NCBI GenBank assembly: GCA_964603925.1
Contig: CAZRWX010000002.1
Span: 1-61,104, forward strand
DNA: 61,104 nt
Direction: 5' to 3'
Source: an uncultured Bifidobacteriales bacterium
GTDB lineage: Bacteria; Fibrobacterota; Fibrobacteria; UBA11236; JADFYW01
Below, in pieces: positions 59,164-61,104 of this stretch. The translations under genes and the position numbers were made by a program. Positions within the stretch are counted from its first letter, which is position 1. Each line of letters starts with the position of its first letter. The notes under the pieces were generated by a model. It did no database searches. It had not been told where the DNA came from and worked only from the letters and a program-made list of their open reading frames with translations.

Positions 59164-59444
59164 TTATGACCAGGGCTGGCTTTTTTATCGATACGATAGA
59201 CCATGGCTATAATTTGTGCAACAACCTCATAAAGTTCCTCCGGTATAGGATTACCCACCTTTACGTGTTTTAAAATTTGAGCAAGGCCTTTATCTTCATG
59301 AATAGGAACCTCTGCGCTTTGTGCCTTGTTTATGATGGCCTCAGCTAAACGACCCTCCCCGCTGGCAACTACATAAGGAGCCTTGTCCTCAGAATATTTG
59401 TATTTTAATGCAACAGCAATTTTTTGTAATTTGCGCGGTAACAT
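59160..59444 (-). CDS. FlhB C-terminal-domain-like protein (EscU/YscU/HrcU family, YlqH-like standalone)
   Basis: KIAVALKYKYSEDKAPYVVASGEGRLAEAII...VPIHEDKGLAQIL...IPEELYEVVAQIIAMVYR matches the FlhB cytoplasmic C-terminal domain pattern. Confidence 0.8.
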   Translation of the reverse strand: MLPRKLQKIAVALKYKYSEDKAPYVVASGEGRLAEAIINKAQSAEVPIHEDKGLAQILKHVKVGNPIPEELYEVVAQIIAMVYRIDKKASPGHK

Positions 59445-59587
59445 CTGCTAACTCCTGTTATGTCATTATTATATATATTGGTGGTTCGGTATGCCATCTA
59501 AATGTAGTTTATCCAAAAATTACAACGCTATTTCTTTGCCCTATTCAGCCGTTATTATTCAGGCTTTTCGAAGGCCTTTTTTTTAGT

Positions 59588-61104
59588 ATGTGGACCATCC
59601 TTAAAAAACCGTTATTATACGCTCCATTTGTATTTTTTGTTATTGGAGTACCACTGGTTTTTTTCCTGGCTAAAAGCCATATTGAATCTAAATTTAATCA
59701 GGGAACCAATATTGGTATTCTGAATCTATCTACCAGAAACCTGCGAATTACCTGGGGTCTTAAAGCCTACACCGATTCTCTTTTTATCAATTCTCCTGAA
59801 ATATCAGCTGAATTGCATAACTTAAGTCTTGGCATAAACTTATTTGCCAGCTCATTTACCAATCAAACTTTTTTTTCTGTCAAAACAGGTCAAACATTAT
59901 TAAAACTTAAAAAGGCTAAAGTAAATCCACAGGTCTCAAGAACGGACTTAACAGATACAAAACGTATTCTGCCTGATTTATCATTCCCCTTCTCTTTTCA
60001 CATATCCTTGCCTCATACAAAAATATTTGGTCTTTTTTCAGCCGGTGACAGCATTTCTTTCATCAATGCTGACCTATACAGTAACTCTCCTGACTACATT
60101 AAGGTCAGCTGTCAGCAAATTATTTCATCAAAATGGCCCCAAATTAAGCCACAATTGCATATAATTTTACAGAAAAGGCCTAATGATGCCATTCTACAGG
60201 CAGTGGTAAACCAGGGTTCGGACTCCCTTCAGCTTACAATCCAGGCAAATGCTAAAGATTGGCATAAAGGCCGGGGTAACCTTGAATGTAATATCAGCTC
60301 CCTGACAGGTTATTTTACTCAACCACACGTAGAAGATCTTTTACCTTTTCAGAATACACGGCTTTCAGCTACCTGGGCTATGGATTCCCTTCTCCGGGCA
60401 TCAATAGATTTACATGCCGATTCAAAAGCCAAATCACCCCTGCCTCCTTTAAAACTCTCATCTCATATCCAAGTTTCTTCGGCTGGGATAACTGCTGGTC
60501 TGGAGGGTATTGGTCATAATAAGGAACACTTTTACCTGGATGCTGTTTCGAAATCTTTGGTTAATGAATGGCCTGATATCAGTGAGATTTTCTCCAATCC
60601 TTCCTGGCGTTTTAACATAAGCACAAATAATATGAAGTGGGATATTGGCAGTTTTCAATTACCCTTAAATTTAGAAATTGCTGATGGTACGGCAGATAGC
60701 AAGGGCATTAAGGCCACAGCGGTGACCTCTGACAGTAGCCATATTAACTTGAATGTCAGTTGGAAACCTGTTTTTTCCATTTCTTTTTTCGGCAATATAT
60801 CTTCTGGGGAGTCCTGGGCCAATGTCTGGACAAATAAAAATGTTCAATTTGAGTCCATGCCTGTTAACGGCAGGTTTCAGGACGGCAAATTATGCTTCAA
60901 CACTAAAATTTATGGTGTTAGAGCTTATGGCGCAAAAGCAGATTCCGTTATTGCCAGGCATATAGTTACATCTCAATTATATGCCCTTGATACTGCTGGG
61001 GTCTTTAATGACAGTATTCAATGGTCCGCTAATGGTGAAGTGTGCTGGGGCAAACTTGGCAAACATCTGCAATTTACAGCTAGTCATCCCGCTTATGGTC
61101 ATGT
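59588..61104 (+). CDS. Partial (5' end) large membrane-anchored protein, possibly AsmA/TamB-like
   Basis: I read an ATG at 59588 followed by 505 codons with no stop to the window end. It is not in the track because it has no stop. N-terminal TM LLYAPFVFFVIGVPLVFFL, then a beta-rich Ser/Asn-rich sequence. The family call is a guess. Confidence 0.5.
   Translation, partial: MWTILKKPLLYAPFVFFVIGVPLVFFLAKSHIESKFNQGTNIGILNLSTRNLRITWGLKAYTDSLFINSPEISAELHNLSLGINLFASSFTNQTFFSVKTGQTLLKLKKAKVNPQVSRTDLTDTKRILPDLSFPFSFHISLPHTKIFGLFSAGDSISFINADLYSNSPDYIKVSCQQIISSKWPQIKPQLHIILQKRPNDAILQAVVNQGSDSLQLTIQANAKDWHKGRGNLECNISSLTGYFTQPHVEDLLPFQNTRLSATWAMDSLLRASIDLHADSKAKSPLPPLKLSSHIQVSSAGITAGLEGIGHNKEHFYLDAVSKSLVNEWPDISEIFSNPSWRFNISTNNMKWDIGSFQLPLNLEIADGTADSKGIKATAVTSDSSHINLNVSWKPVFSISFFGNISSGESWANVWTNKNVQFESMPVNGRFQDGKLCFNTKIYGVRAYGAKADSVIARHIVTSQLYALDTAGVFNDSIQWSANGEVCWGKLGKHLQFTASHPAYGH

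Overview
This 61.1-kb window is mostly core chromosomal genes. There are no rRNA genes, CRISPR arrays, transposases, integrases, prophage genes or recognisable defence genes. Several gene families suggest an uncultivated FCB-superphylum-like bacterium (Bacteroidota/Ignavibacteriota/Calditrichota-like): three DUF5683-motif proteins, a 7-gene V-ATPase operon with DUF2764, DUF4956 and DUF2809. This taxonomic guess is inference only.

Main blocks:
1. 157-8215 (-): V-type ATPase operon E-DUF2764-A-B-D-I-K. Subunit K carries a Na+-type signature, and two unusually long internal intergenic gaps are filled by repeats.
2. 9137-13242 (-): an octaheme c-type cytochrome, a b-type cytochrome, and a split YeeE/YedE sulfur-transporter pair. 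The second half is fused to a Cys-less rhodanese domain.
3. 13864-18220 (+): glycosyltransferase, rpsF-rpsR, a DUF2232-like membrane protein, rplI and dapB.
4. 18269-23797: a poorly characterised block with two DUF5683-like proteins, an ABC_ATPase (PF09818-like) protein and two small secreted proteins.
5. PhoH2, a TPR protein, a sialate O-acetylesterase-like protein, decayed gene fragments and an MDR oxidoreductase.
6. 30300-37965: a polyphosphate island with DUF4956, SixA, PPK1, PPX, a ROK kinase and a Ser/Thr kinase.
7. cinA-recA, galT, a PLP enzyme and a large FGE-domain lipoprotein.
8. rplU-rpmA, a parvulin, glpD, a lipid kinase, SanA, ndk and tRNA-Gly(CCC).
9. 55966-59444 (-): a PpiD-like/TPR gene preceded by an overlapping FlhB-C-like/unknown/STAS operon. 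A partial large membrane protein (59588-61104, +) runs off the end.

I cannot demonstrate a clearly novel multi-gene system from sequence alone. The best leads are the cytochrome/YeeE sulfur module, a structured repeat with a compensatory base-pair change found downstream of atpB and rpmA, G/C-rich inverted-repeat pairs inserted inside operons, and several tight operons of unknown function.
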